In this document: piece by piece, positions 9,924 through 18,906 of the stretch
How the letters are laid out: every line of letters begins with the position of its first letter
Position numbering within the stretch: the first letter of the stretch is position 1
DNA from: Euryarchaeota archaeon UBA251
Lineage (GTDB): Archaea > Thermoplasmatota > Poseidoniia > Poseidoniales > Thalassarchaeaceae
Length of the DNA: 64,000 bases
Direction of reading: 5' to 3'
Assembly (NCBI GenBank): GCA_002497905.1
Contig: DAFJ01000024.1
Location: 260 to 64,259, forward strand
The notes under the pieces: generated by a model
Seen by the model: the letters and a program-made list of their open reading frames with translations, nothing else
Told to the model about the DNA's origin: nothing
Database searches by the model: none
Position numbers and translations under genes: made by a program

Positions 9924-10150
9924 CAAGCATTACATTTAGTAGACGCATGAGTCCCATCGCTTCTTCGATCTTGCCTGATAATCCTGTAAGTTGCTAGAGT
10001 TAAAACAACTGAAATTATTGACCAAGCCACTGTTGAAATCACCAGAAGAAATGAGCCGATATAATTCAAAATCATCTCACTGGTTTGTATCTTGTTGAGG
10101 CTGCTAATCATGATTCCAAAGACAATGACGGCCAGAATCGATTTGGCCAT
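9923..10150 (-). CDS. Small two-helix membrane protein, unknown function, first gene of the sdh cluster
   Basis: 75 aa with two hydrophobic helices. ATG at 10150; its stop overlaps the next start. Confidence 0.4.
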   Translation of the reverse strand: MAKSILAVIVFGIMISSLNKIQTSEMILNYIGSFLLVISTVAWSIISVVLTLATYRIIRQDRRSDGTHASTKCNA

Positions 10151-10203
10151 GTTATTTTGTCGATACCCTCCTTCTTTAGGTATTGCTTGAACTCATTTTC
10201 CAT

Positions 10204-11838
10204 TCAAGCAAGGCCGCCATAGTCTGCTTCTGCTTCTTCAATCTCGATTTCATCCACGTCCATTTGCGCGAGTTGTAATTTACCACTCAATTCATCGTTT
10301 ACTGCGTGCCAGTAGGAGTAAGCCTCAATCACCCAAATCCCAGATTCACGTGTTCCATTACCTGACCCCTTAACGCCACCGAATGGGAGGTGCGCCTCCG
10401 CGCCCGTGGTGGAGTTGTTGATACCTGTCATTCCTGCCTTAATTCCAGTTTTGAAGCGATAGGCTTCGAGGCGATCGTTGGTATAGATTGCCGATGATAG
10501 GCCGTAGGGCGAAGCATTCGCAAGGTGAAGGGCGTGGTCGAAGTCTTTCGCTTTCACGATTGTGACAACGGGCCCGAATATCTCCTCATGGAAGCATTCC
10601 ATATCTTCTGTGACATCAACATAGACATGAGGCCACATGTAGACTCCCTCGTTGGCAGATCCAAGGAAATTTTCTGGAGCGCTAGCTTCGGTAATCCGCC
10701 CTTCTCCATGAATGCGCTTTGCACCGGACGCATCGCACATATCGAGACCCTTTAGGAAGTCCTTGGCGTATTTTTCGGATAACATGGATCCATACAACAC
10801 ATCCTCATGACGCATTGAGTCACCGATTTTTGTTGTTCGAACCTTGTTCATGTACATCTCAAGGAATTTGTCGTAGATACTCTCGTGGACAATCAGGTTA
10901 CCAAGGCTTGTGCAACGTTGCCCCGCTGTTCCAAATCCTGCCCAGTAGGCGCCAGTAACTGCGTTTTCGAGATTTGCAGAAGGCATGATGACAAGTGGAT
11001 TCTTTCCGCCAAGTTCCAAAGAGCAGGAAACGAGGTTTCGTCCACAAATTTCTCCAATCATCTTGCCAACACCTGTCGACCCGGTGAACGAGATTTTGTT
11101 GACAAGCCCATCATCCACAGCATCCACTAGGTGTTGTCCAGCACCGCTACCTTTCCCGTGCACGAGATTGATTACACCATCAGGGATTCCAGATTCGTGC
11201 ATAATTCGTGCAAGTGCGAATGAAAGAAGAGGCGCATCTTGAGGCGATTTCCAGACACAAGTATTTCCACACATGATGGCTGGAATCATTTTCCAGAAAG
11301 GAACTGCTGAAGGGAAGTTACAAGCATTAATGATACCACACACGCCCAGTGGTCGGCGATAGGTGAAGAGTTCCTTATCAGGGAGTTCACTGTTGACTGT
11401 CTGGCCGTATAGGCGTCGTCCCTCGGACTGGAAAAATAGGCAAGTATCAATCGCTTCCTGAACCTCTCCAGCACTCTCCTTCAGGGTCTTTCCAATCTCA
11501 CGACTCTGGAGGCGAACAATCTCATCTTTGTGTTCCATTAGGAGGCGACCCATATTGCCGATTATTTGGCCACGGGTGGGCGCAGGTGTTGCTGCCCATG
11601 ATGGGAATGCAGTGCGAGCTGCAGCCAAGGCATCCCTCACATCTTCCTTAGTAGATAGCGGAAATTCTCCTAATTCATCCTCAAGCCAAGCCGGGTTTGT
11701 GGAAACGAAGGTACTTCCGTCCGATGCTAACTTCAGTTGCCCTCCAATGATGTTGTATCCTCGGATTTTTGGAGATCCGTTCGGATTCTTTGAAGACGTT
11801 TCCATGGATTCAAAGCCAGTTTCAAGGATGTGTACCAT
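10204..11838 (-). CDS. NAD(P)-dependent aldehyde dehydrogenase family protein
   Basis: ALDH signatures ELGGKNP and GQRCTS (catalytic Cys) plus FTGSTGVG. ATG at 11838, alternative ATG at 11805. Confidence 0.85.
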   Translation of the reverse strand: MVHILETGFESMETSSKNPNGSPKIRGYNIIGGQLKLASDGSTFVSTNPAWLEDELGEFPLSTKEDVRDALAAARTAFPSWAATPAPTRGQIIGNMGRLLMEHKDEIVRLQSREIGKTLKESAGEVQEAIDTCLFFQSEGRRLYGQTVNSELPDKELFTYRRPLGVCGIINACNFPSAVPFWKMIPAIMCGNTCVWKSPQDAPLLSFALARIMHESGIPDGVINLVHGKGSGAGQHLVDAVDDGLVNKISFTGSTGVGKMIGEICGRNLVSCSLELGGKNPLVIMPSANLENAVTGAYWAGFGTAGQRCTSLGNLIVHESIYDKFLEMYMNKVRTTKIGDSMRHEDVLYGSMLSEKYAKDFLKGLDMCDASGAKRIHGEGRITEASAPENFLGSANEGVYMWPHVYVDVTEDMECFHEEIFGPVVTIVKAKDFDHALHLANASPYGLSSAIYTNDRLEAYRFKTGIKAGMTGINNSTTGAEAHLPFGGVKGSGNGTRESGIWVIEAYSYWHAVNDELSGKLQLAQMDVDEIEIEEAEADYGGLA

Positions 11839-11913
11839 GAGGGGCCATCGAACCTCGTCTCATCAATGTGACGAACGGCTCTTGACGACGTAGAGTGTAG
11901 GTTTCGGTTTGGG

Positions 11914-11953
11914 TTTAATAGCCCCCAATGAACAGTTCCTATCACCCGAGGTG
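11914..11953 (+). promoter_or_regulatory. Putative TATA (TTTAATA, 11914-11920) and SD (GAGGTG, 11948-11953) for cdc48
   Basis: An A/T box lies ~40 nt upstream of the ATG at 11959, inside the divergent spacer shared with the aldehyde dehydrogenase gene. Confidence 0.3.
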
Positions 11954-11958
11954 CAAGG

Positions 11959-14181
11959 ATGGCAGGAGCAGATGAATCAGTGACTCTCCGTGTTGCGAAA
12001 GCAATTCCCAGTGATGTTGGACATGGCCGAGCTCGTGTCCCATTCAACAATGATCTTGATCTGAAGCCAGGTGATATCATCGAGATATCTGGCGAGAACA
12101 AGACGGCTGCAGTTGTATGGCGATGTCGGCCAGAGGATGCTAATCTTGGTGTCATCCGAATAGATGGCATCATCCGAAAGAACGCAGGGGTTAGCCTTGG
12201 CGACCGTGTCGATATCAGTAAGGTCGAGGTCAAGAAGTGTGAACGCCTCGTTCTTTCTCCAGTTATGGCTAAGCAGCAGAAGGTCCGCTTTGGACCAGGT
12301 ATCGAAGGATTTGCTCGCCGAGGTTTGAACAAGAGACCAGTTGTAGCCGGGGATCGGATTTTCATCCCTGGTATGACTCTATTTGCTGAGGCCCTCCCCT
12401 TCGCAATCGTAAGCACTCGACCCAAGGGTATCGTACAAGTCGCGCCAGAGACGGAGATTGTAATCAAAGAGGAGATACTAGACGAGGAAGAGGATGCTGC
12501 TGGTCATCAAATCGCGTACGAAGATATCGGCGGCTTGGGCAATCAACTCCAGAAAGTCCGAGAGATGATTGAACTCCCACTCAAGCATCCGATTCTGTTT
12601 CGCAGGCTGGGTATAGATCCACCCAAAGGTGTGCTCCTTCATGGTCCGCCTGGAACAGGAAAGACGATGATTGCCAAGGCGGTTGCTTCTGAGACACAAG
12701 CCCATTTCACTTCGATTAACGGTCCAGAGATTATCTCGAAGTATTATGGTGAATCGGAGAAGCAACTCAGAGAGATTTTCGATGAAGCTACTCAAAATGC
12801 TCCTGCGATTATTTTCATTGATGAATTGGATAGTATTGCCCCTAAGCGAGAAGACGTCACAGGGGAGGTAGAGCGTCGTGTTGTCGCGCAACTACTGACA
12901 TTGATGGATGGTATGCATGGACGTGACAATGTCATCGTAATCGGGGCAACGAATCGTCGTGATGCGATTGATCAGGCCCTACGGCGCCCCGGTCGATTCG
13001 ATCGTGAACTTGAAATTGGCGTGCCAGACAAGGAAGGTCGACGCGAGATAGTTGACATCCACACGCGTGGTATGCCAATTAGTGACGATTTTGAGATAGA
13101 ATGGGTCCTCGAGAATACTTACGGTTTCGTTGGCGCAGACATCAATGCCCTCGTTCGAGAGGCCGCCATGAAGGCTCTTCGGCGCTATCTTCCGGAAATC
13201 GACCTAGATGAGGAAGAGATTGCACCCGAGGTTCTTGAGAAGATGGAGGTTCAGATGAACGATTTCAAGGAGGCGATAAAGGATATCGAACCCAGTGCAC
13301 TGAGAGAGATTTATGTCGAGATTCCAGAGGTATCATGGGACCAGGTAGGCGGTCTTCATGAGATTAAAGATCGGCTTAAGGAGAGTATTGAATGGCCATT
13401 GACTCAGCCAGAGTTGTTCGAGCATTTTGGTGTGAAACCTCCTAGAGGTGTAATCCTCTTTGGTGCACCCGGTACTGGGAAGACCCTCCTTGCAAAGGCA
13501 ATTGCGAATGAAGCGAAGGCGAATTTCATCTCTATCAAGGGTCCAGAGATGATTTCGAAATGGGTGGGGGAATCCGAACGAGGTATTCGTGAGGTGTTCA
13601 AGAAGGCTAAGCAAGCCTCACCTAGCATCATTTTCCTCGATGAATTCGAATCAATCGCAGGTGCTCGTGTTGAGAATAGGGGCGAAGGTAGCGACGTGAT
13701 GAATCGTGTCGTCAACCAACTCTTAGCTTCAATGGACGGTGTCGAAGCCCTAGATGGAGTCATTGTCATTGCAGCAACAAACCGTCCTGAAATGATTGAC
13801 CCAGCACTTCTCCGGTCGGGTCGTTTCGAACGGGTCCTGCACGTCCCTCCGCCAGATGAGGAATCTATCCGTGAGATTTTGAAGATCCATACTGATGGTA
13901 TGCCAATTGGAAAGTTCTCTCTGGATGATATGGCGAAGCCGTTGGCTGGATATACCGGAGCAGATATCGAGGCAATTTGTCGTGAAGCCGCTCTTATCGC
14001 CATGAGGGCAAAGAGGAAGACAATTACTCGTAAGCACTTTGAGGAGGCTATCGATAGAGTTCGTCCTACTGTGACACCTCAGATGATGGAGTATTACGAA
14101 AAGCTTCAATCGATGCTTACCAGTGGACTTGATTCTATTCGACGTAATAATGACGGTCTTCGTGGGATTGAATCGGTGTGA
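11959..14181 (+). CDS. cdc48: Cdc48/VCP/p97-type AAA+ ATPase with two ATPase domains
   Basis: N-domain followed by two AAA modules. Walker A GPPGTGKT and GAPGTGKT; Walker B IIFIDELD and IIFLDEFE; 740 aa. Confidence 0.95.
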   Translation: MAGADESVTLRVAKAIPSDVGHGRARVPFNNDLDLKPGDIIEISGENKTAAVVWRCRPEDANLGVIRIDGIIRKNAGVSLGDRVDISKVEVKKCERLVLSPVMAKQQKVRFGPGIEGFARRGLNKRPVVAGDRIFIPGMTLFAEALPFAIVSTRPKGIVQVAPETEIVIKEEILDEEEDAAGHQIAYEDIGGLGNQLQKVREMIELPLKHPILFRRLGIDPPKGVLLHGPPGTGKTMIAKAVASETQAHFTSINGPEIISKYYGESEKQLREIFDEATQNAPAIIFIDELDSIAPKREDVTGEVERRVVAQLLTLMDGMHGRDNVIVIGATNRRDAIDQALRRPGRFDRELEIGVPDKEGRREIVDIHTRGMPISDDFEIEWVLENTYGFVGADINALVREAAMKALRRYLPEIDLDEEEIAPEVLEKMEVQMNDFKEAIKDIEPSALREIYVEIPEVSWDQVGGLHEIKDRLKESIEWPLTQPELFEHFGVKPPRGVILFGAPGTGKTLLAKAIANEAKANFISIKGPEMISKWVGESERGIREVFKKAKQASPSIIFLDEFESIAGARVENRGEGSDVMNRVVNQLLASMDGVEALDGVIVIAATNRPEMIDPALLRSGRFERVLHVPPPDEESIREILKIHTDGMPIGKFSLDDMAKPLAGYTGADIEAICREAALIAMRAKRKTITRKHFEEAIDRVRPTVTPQMMEYYEKLQSMLTSGLDSIRRNNDGLRGIESV

Positions 14182-14190
14182 GGTGATTCG

Positions 14191-14433
14191 ATGCCTGCAA
14201 CCTTCACGCGGGAACTTCTCGCGAGGGAGGTTCGGGACAGGAGTGGAGATGTTCTCGGCCATGTCGCCGATCTTATTGTTGACTCACGCACCGGCTCTGT
14301 AACCTATATTTTGGTTAAGATTGCGCAGGAATTAGATCCTGCCCAACTACCATGGCCTTCCGAGGGGGGAATGATTCCTCTCCCCATAGACGAGGTCCGA
14401 GAAATCGGCGCAATCGTTCAACTGCATCGTTAA
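14191..14433 (+). CDS. PRC-barrel domain protein
   Basis: 80 aa. VRDRSGDVLGHVADLIVDSRTGSVTYILV is typical of a PRC barrel. A strong SD GAGGTGAT (14180-14187) overlaps the cdc48 stop. Confidence 0.6.
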   Translation: MPATFTRELLAREVRDRSGDVLGHVADLIVDSRTGSVTYILVKIAQELDPAQLPWPSEGGMIPLPIDEVREIGAIVQLHR

Positions 14434-14503
14434 TCTGTATGCGCGGGACCGCACAACCGTCTTAAGGCTCGCATGAACGTCTGAATCTTGCTCCACTTGT
14501 TGG

Positions 14504-16159
14504 ATGGTGATTGGATTGGCTACATTGAGCGCTGCTGCTGCGACAGATTGGTTGCGTTCAGCGAACGGACGTCGTTCGATTGCGATAGTCCTGTTTTATC
14601 TCACGCTTGGAACCCTTCTAATGACGGTGGCGGGCACTTACATCGAAAGATCAGAAGTACACCAGAGTGCTTACGGAACGGATTGGAATGATATGAGTTC
14701 CTTCCGTGAAGATATCAAGGCACAGAACCTCACAACCACTAGCATAGTCAGTAGCCCTCTTCTTCTAGAGGAGATTCAATCGCCTAGCGATACGGTGTTT
14801 GTAATCTCAGGCGTGGAACGCGATACAATCTCGTTACCAAGTTTCAGTGGGGATTCATCTGTGATTAATTTGGTTGAAGGACTCGGTTATTCAAACTCTG
14901 AGATTGAAGCCATTAGGACCTTTGTTGAACGTGGTGGGACTCTAATCATGCTAGATGATTTTGGATATTCACAAGGCCTAGCTGAAGATTTTGGTCTTGG
15001 GTTTAGCGGTCACCAATTGTATGATACACAGACATGGGATCCTAGTTTAGACTACAATTTCGTATGGTCGAATATTACGAACGGATTCAATTACACCAGC
15101 ACTTCGGGTCCAAAGACGGAAACAAATCCTTGTACTGCGGATGGAGATATTGACGGAGTCCCCGATTTCCTCGATGTTGAATCTAGTAATCCTAGTGTTG
15201 GATTCGAACGTCTGCCTACCTCGACGGATCTTGGCCTCTGTGCGCACCGATGGGATTCTGTAACTCAGCAATATGATACAGACCCTGGTTACGATCTTCT
15301 TCTCAACCAACCCAGCGCATTCGATAAGGACCTCTCAGGAGACGAGGATCAGAATCTCTATGCGATCGGCTACTCCTCTCAAGATGCATATCTTGACACC
15401 AATGATGATGGTCAGCTAACTGTTGGATTCAGTGGTTCAGAAGTTGGTGCCGATGAGCAGGGTCCATTCGCTACATACATCAAATACTGCAGGTCAAGGA
15501 ACTGTGACAATGCTGATGCTGGTCGTGCATTCTTCGTGACAGATGGCAGCCTTCTAATCAATGCGCTTTACGATACTGTGGGCTTAGCGGAGGGTGCTTA
15601 TGGGGACCTGAACAAGACGGTGCCTGATAATGACAATCGGCGATGGGTTTTGGATGCACTTGCTGAAGCACTCATGTCAGAGGATGGTGAGATATCTGCA
15701 GAAGCACAAGTGATTTTTGATGAAAGTCGCCATCAGCAACCAAGTTTCATGGGGGATACCTACAATCTTCTCTACTATATTCTGATTTACTTTACTAACG
15801 ATTGGATGGCGATGCTGTTTATGTTCCTTGGACTATTCGTTATGTTTGAGTTCATTATCATCAAGAAGATGGATCCAGAGCCGTGGAGGCACGTCTTCAG
15901 CATCATCTACTATGGATATGGAGATGCAGCGAGATATGAGTACTACGCGAATCCAAAGAAGATCAAGCAAATCCTACTAACCAGAGTGAGAAACGTCAAT
16001 TCATTGAGTCGTGAGGAATTCGATGCCTTGCCTGCACGTGAGTTACAGAAGATGGTGGATGATCCTGTGCTCGTTAAATTCATCTTCGAAGATCGCCGAT
16101 ATTCGATGGAGGAAGTCATCGCGGTGATTAAGCGAATCAAGACATGGGGGCGGCGCTGA
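14504..16159 (+). CDS. Membrane protein with a large acidic extracytoplasmic domain, tentatively DUF4350-like
   Basis: TM helices at both ends. The GGTLIMLDDFGYS segment and a Ca-binding-like DGDIDGVPDFLD are present. It lies immediately upstream of, and overlapping, a DUF58 gene, as is typical for DUF4350/DUF58 operons. Confidence 0.55.
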   Translation: MVIGLATLSAAAATDWLRSANGRRSIAIVLFYLTLGTLLMTVAGTYIERSEVHQSAYGTDWNDMSSFREDIKAQNLTTTSIVSSPLLLEEIQSPSDTVFVISGVERDTISLPSFSGDSSVINLVEGLGYSNSEIEAIRTFVERGGTLIMLDDFGYSQGLAEDFGLGFSGHQLYDTQTWDPSLDYNFVWSNITNGFNYTSTSGPKTETNPCTADGDIDGVPDFLDVESSNPSVGFERLPTSTDLGLCAHRWDSVTQQYDTDPGYDLLLNQPSAFDKDLSGDEDQNLYAIGYSSQDAYLDTNDDGQLTVGFSGSEVGADEQGPFATYIKYCRSRNCDNADAGRAFFVTDGSLLINALYDTVGLAEGAYGDLNKTVPDNDNRRWVLDALAEALMSEDGEISAEAQVIFDESRHQQPSFMGDTYNLLYYILIYFTNDWMAMLFMFLGLFVMFEFIIIKKMDPEPWRHVFSIIYYGYGDAARYEYYANPKKIKQILLTRVRNVNSLSREEFDALPARELQKMVDDPVLVKFIFEDRRYSMEEVIAVIKRIKTWGRR

Positions 16160-17415
16160 ATATGTGGACTCGAAAGGCTTCGATTCTTGGTGCATCTGGA
16201 GTATCATTAGTTCTCATTGGAATGATGATGTCTAACTTCCAAATGATGGTTTTTGGTGTTGCTTTTGTTTCTTTTATCGCTGTAGCCTCATGGATTACAG
16301 GTCATGGTGACATCGAGGTTGTTCGTACTCTCAGTGCCGATAATCTGTACAAGGGTGACGACCTATACGTTGATCTTGAGATTACCAATTCTTCTTGGCG
16401 TAGGACTCAACAACTCGAAATCTACGATAATATCCCACATGAAATGAAACTGCGAAGTGGACTCAATTACATGCGTGTCAATCTTGGACCTGGTGAAACT
16501 ACTCGTATTCGTTACGTACTTCGTTGCCCTCTACGGGGGCACTACTCCCTTGGCCCAATTTCGATTCGCTACCGCGATTCGTTCAATCTATTTGCACAGG
16601 AAATGTATGTTGACCACCGTTCGGATCTTATTGTCTTCCCACAGGTGCGTGAAATTGAGGAGGCGATGGTTCGTAGTCGCACTCCTAAGATGTATACCGG
16701 TGCAACGACTCTCAGGACACCTGGTCCGGGAACTGAGTTCTTCAGCCTACGTGAGTATGTCCCGGGTGATCCGTTTAAGATTATCAATTGGAAGGCATTT
16801 GCCCGAACGGGCACATTGATTGTCAATGAGAAGTGTAGGGACGCAGTAACAGACGTATTCATTTTACTCGACAGCCGTGATATCAGCCGTATTGGTACAG
16901 TGCTCAAGAATCCACTTGAGGTGGGCACAGTCGCAGCAGCATCTCTTGCATCGTATTTCATCAAACGTCGTGATAGCGTGGCTCTTGCAGTATACGATGA
17001 TCGCCTTTCATTCCTACCACCAGACACTGGTGATAAGCAGTATTTCAAGATCCTGAGTAGCCTTGCTGGAGTTGCTCCAAAGGGTGCGATGCCCCTGCAA
17101 GCTGTGACAAACGCGCTTTCATCTCGATTCAGTCGAGGCTCCCCAGTCTTCATCATTAGTGCGGCTGAGGGTGATGGGACAACAATTCCTGCGGTGCGAG
17201 ACCTTGCTGGACGTGGCCACGAGGTCATTATCCTCAGTCCGAGCAGTGTTGATTTTGAACGGCTCGTTAGTCGAATTCCTCGAACATCCTATGAGGTTCT
17301 CAAGCTTGAGCGTCAGAATCGTTTGACTGCTCTTGCTGGATTCGGAGCACGTGTGATTGATTGGATGCCGGACGTGGAGCTGTCCCAAGCTCTGTTACAG
17401 GTCAAGATGGGGTGA
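16144..17415 (+). CDS. DUF58 family protein (vWA-like, MoxR-operon associated family)
   Basis: N-terminal TM hairpin and the DUF58 signature REYVPGDPFKIINWKAFARTG. ATG at 16144 overlaps the upstream gene; alternative ATG at 16162. Confidence 0.8.
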   Translation: MGAALNMWTRKASILGASGVSLVLIGMMMSNFQMMVFGVAFVSFIAVASWITGHGDIEVVRTLSADNLYKGDDLYVDLEITNSSWRRTQQLEIYDNIPHEMKLRSGLNYMRVNLGPGETTRIRYVLRCPLRGHYSLGPISIRYRDSFNLFAQEMYVDHRSDLIVFPQVREIEEAMVRSRTPKMYTGATTLRTPGPGTEFFSLREYVPGDPFKIINWKAFARTGTLIVNEKCRDAVTDVFILLDSRDISRIGTVLKNPLEVGTVAAASLASYFIKRRDSVALAVYDDRLSFLPPDTGDKQYFKILSSLAGVAPKGAMPLQAVTNALSSRFSRGSPVFIISAAEGDGTTIPAVRDLAGRGHEVIILSPSSVDFERLVSRIPRTSYEVLKLERQNRLTALAGFGARVIDWMPDVELSQALLQVKMG

Positions 17416-17419
17416 TAGA

Positions 17420-18661
17420 ATGGCAGACGAAGTGAACTTACAGAGCGAAGGGCAGACCAGTCTGCATTTGCGTTCTCTTCGCCGGAAGTGGCAGGTACTC
17501 GCCCTCCAGATTACTGCAACGATTTCTCTCGTTTGGATGTACATAATGATGACACGTACCTATGGGTCATGTGATCCAATTGATGCAACTTGGTGTCCAG
17601 CTGTGGATCACACGATTACTCTCGGCGCCTTAGATCAATATCTTGTTTCGATTAACAAGTCATTGCCTATTCCTGATTGGATGATTGGTATGGGTAACGA
17701 GGGGGACGGCCGATATTGGATGCCACTCTTGATTATCGGGGCAATTGTTGCCGGATGGACCTTCCTCGGCTATCAGTCGATGAAGATTCGGCGCCGTGTT
17801 AATCTGGGTATTCTATCGGTTGCATTACTGTATCTTGCAGGTCTTTTCCTCATTACATGGCTCTTCGGAATGATTGGCTCATTTACCCTATACTTGCCCT
17901 TTGGCCAAGACGAAATGAATCGGAATCATGTGGAGTATCTCATCGGGCCGTTACTGCTCTACATTGAACTCTTCATTCTACTGATTTACTTCCTTCCTGT
18001 ATTCACTGGATTGATGGGTGTATGGCGTTTGTCTAAGCAGCAGATTACATGGTCGGTAGGTTCCACTATCGTCTATCTAGGAATTCATTCATTGCTTTCC
18101 TATGAGGGCGTTCGATCTTCTGTTGAGGTCAATCTTCAGGCTCTTCCAGTACAGATTGGTGAGGCTACTCAATGGGGAGGCCTAATTGCGCCAGAAATTG
18201 TCCCGTTGTTGACGATTGGTCTACTGATGATGATCTTCTTGGAATCAGGTTCTGCAACAATAAGATACATGCAGTATGCGTTCAAACTCCCCGAATCTTG
18301 CAAGAAAGATCCAGAATACGTCCGGCAATTCGACAATATTCTGAATTCCCATCTCAAGCATACAGCTGGCATGACTTTCTTTGTGGGTCTTGTTACTGCC
18401 CTTGCCCTGAAGTTTGATGACTTGATTGTTGACCTCATGTCTGTCTTCGAAGGGACGCAGTGGAGTGGCCAAGTTGAGGAGTCACTCGAGCTTCAACTTA
18501 CCTATGGGACTGTAATTTCAGCACTAATTTTCGTAATCTTTGTTGCAGGAATGCGTTACATCATTCCATGGGCTCGTATTAGCGGCCTAATTGAGAAGGG
18601 ATTGAATCAGGTCAATGGAACTGTAAGGGCTACAAACAGTTCAACGATCGAAGAACCGTGA
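17420..18661 (+). CDS. Polytopic membrane protein (~9 TM), third gene of the DUF4350/DUF58 operon
   Basis: ATG at 17420, 4 nt after the DUF58 stop (the track start at 17357 is TTG). Many hydrophobic helices. Confidence 0.6.
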   Translation: MADEVNLQSEGQTSLHLRSLRRKWQVLALQITATISLVWMYIMMTRTYGSCDPIDATWCPAVDHTITLGALDQYLVSINKSLPIPDWMIGMGNEGDGRYWMPLLIIGAIVAGWTFLGYQSMKIRRRVNLGILSVALLYLAGLFLITWLFGMIGSFTLYLPFGQDEMNRNHVEYLIGPLLLYIELFILLIYFLPVFTGLMGVWRLSKQQITWSVGSTIVYLGIHSLLSYEGVRSSVEVNLQALPVQIGEATQWGGLIAPEIVPLLTIGLLMMIFLESGSATIRYMQYAFKLPESCKKDPEYVRQFDNILNSHLKHTAGMTFFVGLVTALALKFDDLIVDLMSVFEGTQWSGQVEESLELQLTYGTVISALIFVIFVAGMRYIIPWARISGLIEKGLNQVNGTVRATNSSTIEEP

Positions 18662-18895
18662 AAGGATTTCTGAGATCATTAGTCCGATAAGCACTCCTGG
18701 GAAGCAGGCAAGTCCTACTACCAACTCGGGACCCATGGGGCCAATACCGCCTTCTGTCCAACCATACCATCCTACTGTTGCTGCAATGATTAGGCCAAGA
18801 AGAAGTGAGAGGATATCGAAGGGTCGGCGATACCTTACTGGAGCGATATCCTCCTCTCGTGCAAGGAGAGTTGGGAGTTGATCTATGTCCGACAT
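18641..18895 (-). CDS. Small two-TM membrane protein
   Basis: 84 aa, ATG at 18895. Follows the coiled-coil gene stop codon after an 8-nt gap (11 nt from the last sense codon) on the same strand. Confidence 0.45.
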   Translation of the reverse strand: MSDIDQLPTLLAREEDIAPVRYRRPFDILSLLLGLIIAATVGWYGWTEGGIGPMGPELVVGLACFPGVLIGLMISEILSRFFDR

Positions 18896-18906
18896 AGGAC
18901 TCCCTC

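Noticed and set aside
11528-12467. ORFs 11528-11893 (+) and 11733-12467 (-) spanning the ALDH/cdc48 spacer
   Set aside because: They overlap two strongly supported genes and would remove the divergent promoter. Their composition is Arg/Ser/Pro-rich.
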